Below, in pieces: positions 61,030 to 64,000 of a DNA stretch of 64,000 bases (within the stretch, counting starts at the first letter, position 1; the number at the start of each line of letters is the position of its first letter). The stretch is from Candidatus Hydrogenedentota bacterium (GTDB lineage: Bacteria; Hydrogenedentota; Hydrogenedentia; Hydrogenedentales; SLHB01). A program made the translations under genes and the position numbers. The stretch spans positions 160,001 to 224,000 of the forward strand of contig CAVUWV010000009.1 in the NCBI GenBank assembly GCA_963745075.1, given 5' to 3'. The notes beneath the pieces are model-generated. The model did not search any database. It saw only the letters and a list, made by a program, of their open reading frames with translations, and had not been told where the DNA came from.

Positions 61030-61461
61030 TTACACGCCTTCGACGGTGAGGCTCGTAACGCGCCACTGCCCGTCTGCTTCTTTCGTCAACGTGAAGCCGA
61101 GGGTGGCACTGCCGAACGCAGCCATCAACTCAACCGGGTACACAGTTGCCGTCTTGCCGTCGATCTTGATTTCGGCTGCATCCAGCGAAACCTTCGCGCT
61201 ATCCAGCGTGCCGTCGTTAAACGCGCCGCTCAAGAAGCTGAGCATCTGTTCCTTGTTGCCGTACTCGTAGTGGTTAAACTCGTCGGACAGCGCCATTCCG
61301 ATCCGGTCGATGTCCTTGGTCTCCATCCCGACTTTCCAATTCTGGAGCGCGGCCGAGATGAGTTCCTCATCGGACGGACCCTTGGGACCCGTCGCGCAAC
61401 CCCCCATCAAAAACGCAGCGATACATGCAACACAAAGCGTCAAAATTGCCGATTTACGCAC
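61030..61461 (-). CDS. NTF2/SnoaL-like lipoprotein
   Basis: Lipobox MGGC; helices followed by beta strands ending LTKEADGQWRV. Confidence 0.65.
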   Translation of the reverse strand: MRKSAILTLCVACIAAFLMGGCATGPKGPSDEELISAALQNWKVGMETKDIDRIGMALSDEFNHYEYGNKEQMLSFLSGAFNDGTLDSAKVSLDAAEIKIDGKTATVYPVELMAAFGSATLGFTLTKEADGQWRVTSLTVEGV

Positions 61462-61754
61462 TATTGCACCCTCTCTTCCTCGTGTTTTCGATTCGCGAAC
61501 CCTCTACCATCCGCGCCAAAGCGGAAACGTCCCAATACTATACGCCCGATAGGGTTATCTTGCAAGAGAAATGCTTCGAGCAGGACAACGTCCCGTCAAA
61601 TAAGGGGTTCGGACCAATCGGTAGGTAAGCAACCGGAGGCGACCCTTTCAACCCGACGAAATGGGAGGGCGGACGTCGACAGGTGGTGGATTCGAGCCCC
61701 AGTGGTCCGTTTCATTTTGAATCTGGGGTGCACAAATTCAATAGAATCGCACTA

Positions 61755-62254
61755 CTAGCCGGCCACGAGAAAATCCGTATACCGCCCTTCGACCCGGGTC
61801 GGCTTATACACCTCCACGACGGAAAGGTTTTCGCCTTCGAACCGAAATCCCGAATCGTCTTCGTCCGTCTGGCTCAGGGTTTTGCCTTGCAAACCGACGG
61901 CTGCCAGAAGCTCTTCCGGCGTAGTGAAGCCCGTCGTGTAACCGGCAACCTCGCTGCAGTGCCCATCATCGGACAAAACAAAGTCCATGCCGGTGAATGG
62001 CTTCGGCAAGGTTGCGGTTTCCCGGCGGTACATGATGCGCCGGGGCGGAGATTGCCGGCCGGGTTCGTCGGTTCTGCACTCGCTTTGGCGGGCCGCCCGC
62101 ACCACCCTGTCGGCGTGCCGAGGATGCCCACGATTTCGTCTTCGGTCTTCCCGAGATACCGTTGCACGTCACGTTTCGAGTGCGCCATACCGCAGGACGA
62201 GGTTATGACTGCAACAAACAGTACGGACGAGATGACTGCGATCGACTGCTTCAT
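61755..62254 (-). CDS. Hypothetical lipoprotein, apparently frameshifted near 62100
   Basis: MKQSIAVISSVLFVAVITSSC...YLGKTEDEIVGILGTP in one frame continues into ORF 61755-62105. Confidence 0.5.
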
Positions 62255-62629
62255 AACAGGAACCTCCGACACCTCATACCCCAAAATCCTCGGCGTATCG
62301 GTTCGTCACAGCCCCGCATGGTCCCTGAATATGCGGCCTCATTCCCGATACGTCACGCATCACCATTGTGTGGCAAAATCCACACCCGACCTGCATGTAT
62401 TATAGCAGAGAAAACCCAGAGAAATGGGTAAACGGATCGCCGTTTTTTCACAAATCTAATTTTCGCAGTAGCTTGCAAAGGAACTCGAAACGAGAAAAAC
62501 CCGTGCGCTATCATAGGCAAACCGCCTTCCAATCCCGGCTATCGGGGAACCGCGAGGCGCGGGAACGGCGCGTCGATCGTGTCCTTTGTCGCTCGCGGAT
62601 GGGGAGGCTTCGATCTCGCTTGGAGGACT

Positions 62630-63049
62630 ATGGTTACTCGACCATTTGAAGACACCGACGAAGCCGCGGTGATAGACCTGTGGGACCGGTGCGGATTGTT
62701 GCGGCCTTGGAACGATCCGCGGAAAGATATCGCGCGCAAGAAACGCCTGCAACGCGACCTGTTTCTGGTGGGGGAGGTCGACGGCGTTGTCGTCGCGGTG
62801 GCGATGGTTGGATACGAGGGACACCGAGGCTGGATCAACTACTTTGCCGTCGACCCCGGCCATCGGCGCAACGGAGTCGGCCGTGCCATGATGGACGAAG
62901 CAGAGCGACGATTGCGCGAAATCGGCTGCCCCAAAATCAATTTGCAGATCCGGCGCGACAACTTGGCGGCCAAAGCGTTCTACGATGCCCTTGGGTTCAC
63001 GGAAGACGATTCCATCAGCATGGGCAAACGTCTCGAACGCGACGATTGA
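62630..63049 (+). CDS. GNAT acetyltransferase, YpeA-like
   Basis: RPWNDPRKDI, MVGYEGHRGWINY, GCPKINLQIR, FYDALGF; GGAGG RBS. Confidence 0.9.
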   Translation: MVTRPFEDTDEAAVIDLWDRCGLLRPWNDPRKDIARKKRLQRDLFLVGEVDGVVVAVAMVGYEGHRGWINYFAVDPGHRRNGVGRAMMDEAERRLREIGCPKINLQIRRDNLAAKAFYDALGFTEDDSISMGKRLERDD

Positions 63050-63274
63050 CCGCTACGATGTTGCCCCGTTACGAATTTCAGGCCAGCTTCCATCGTCGAG
63101 TATTCTGTGGGCCACGTTGATACCGCGTGACAATCGCATTGCCAAATCCGGTACAATCGGCTCGGCTAAACTTGGGACTACGGACTGCGCCGACTGGAAC
63201 ATCGCGTACGAAATCCGGCGGTGCGCCTCCCACCGGAGCACTTCAATTCAAGTCTCCATCCGGAAGGACAAGCA

Positions 63275-64000
63275 ATGGCAGAGATCAATGAAATTGCGCC
63301 GGACGTGTTTCGCATCAGCGTCTACGTCAAAGACTTCGACCTGCAGTTCAACCATTTTCTTGTACGCGACGAGCAACCGCTCCTCTATCACGCGGGCATG
63401 CGGCGCATGTTTCCCGACCTCCACGAGGCCGTGGCGAAGATTATCGATCCGAAGACGCTGCGTTGGATTAGTTGGAGCCACTTCGAGGTCGACGAATGCG
63501 GTGGTTTGAACCACTGGCTCGAAGCCGCGCCCTCCGCGGAGCCGGCATGCAGCGTCGTCGGGGCCATGGTGAACCTCAGCGACTACTCGGATCGCCCGCC
63601 GAAAGGGCTGGCGAAGGGCGAAGTGTTGGAGACCGGGAAGTACCGGTTTCGCTTTCACCCGACGCCGCACCTCCCGCACGGTTGGGACGCGGGGGTTCTG
63701 TTCGAAGAGACCGAAGGTCTCCTGTTCTGTTCGGACCTTTTCCATCAAGCCGGGGAACGCGAAGCCATAACGGATTCGGAGGACATCCTTGACCGAACCC
63801 ATGAGGTCTTGACCAACTACCAGGCCGGGCCGTTGATGGAGTACCTTCCCTACACGCACCACACGAAGCGCCTGCTCCACGAATTGGCCGCATTTAATCC
63901 AAAGACCCTGGCAATCATGCACGGCTCCAGCTTCTCCGGCGACGGCGGGCGACTGTTGCGAGAACTCGATCCGATCCTCGAAGGAATCTATGGCGGAGAG
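63275..64000 (+). CDS. Metallo-beta-lactamase-fold protein (FprA/flavodiiron N-terminal-like); runs off the window end, absent from the ORF track
   Basis: MAEINEIAPDVFRIS...SHFEVDECG...TPHLPHGWD...FCSDLF...IMHGS. Confidence 0.85.
   Translation, partial: MAEINEIAPDVFRISVYVKDFDLQFNHFLVRDEQPLLYHAGMRRMFPDLHEAVAKIIDPKTLRWISWSHFEVDECGGLNHWLEAAPSAEPACSVVGAMVNLSDYSDRPPKGLAKGEVLETGKYRFRFHPTPHLPHGWDAGVLFEETEGLLFCSDLFHQAGEREAITDSEDILDRTHEVLTNYQAGPLMEYLPYTHHTKRLLHELAAFNPKTLAIMHGSSFSGDGGRLLRELDPILEGIYGGE

Noticed and set aside
61680..61710. tRNA-like T-arm fragment GGATTCGAGCCCC
   Set aside because: No cloverleaf or acceptor stem

Overview
GC-rich bacterial chromosome segment, about 60% GC by eye. The taxon cannot be determined from sequence alone; the content suggests a diderm, glycan-degrading environmental lineage. 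It carries about 50 CDSs, and I recognised no rRNA, tRNA, CRISPR array or transposase. Main blocks: a DUF2892/MMPL(RND)/LolA-like/outer-membrane-protein cluster; a PilT-family ATPase; an MltD-like LysM lytic transglycosylase; sugar ABC genes; many carbohydrate enzymes (GH42-like/nitrilase fusion, GH116, GH88, AGE epimerase, enolase-superfamily enzyme); GT-C/TPR membrane proteins; HU; an isocitrate dehydrogenase; and a less GC-rich accessory patch (~48.3-52.9 kb) with an XRE regulator and a PD-(D/E)XK-like nuclease. Best leads: (1) a candidate oriC with tandem perfect DnaA boxes at ~6.97 kb and no dnaA in the window; (2) a ~150-nt rod-like candidate ncRNA upstream of mltD with a well-placed -10 box; (3) a PxLPxGL motif repeated in both the MMPL transporter and its neighbouring outer-membrane protein; (4) a 43-aa amphipathic small protein missed by the ORF track; (5) a glycosidase-nitrilase fusion; (6) a metallophosphoesterase homologue lacking its metal ligands; (7) several palindromic dispersed repeat families. 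About eight otherwise intact genes carry single-base frameshifts, most simply explained as sequencing or assembly errors. All family calls come from motif recognition by eye, not database searches.
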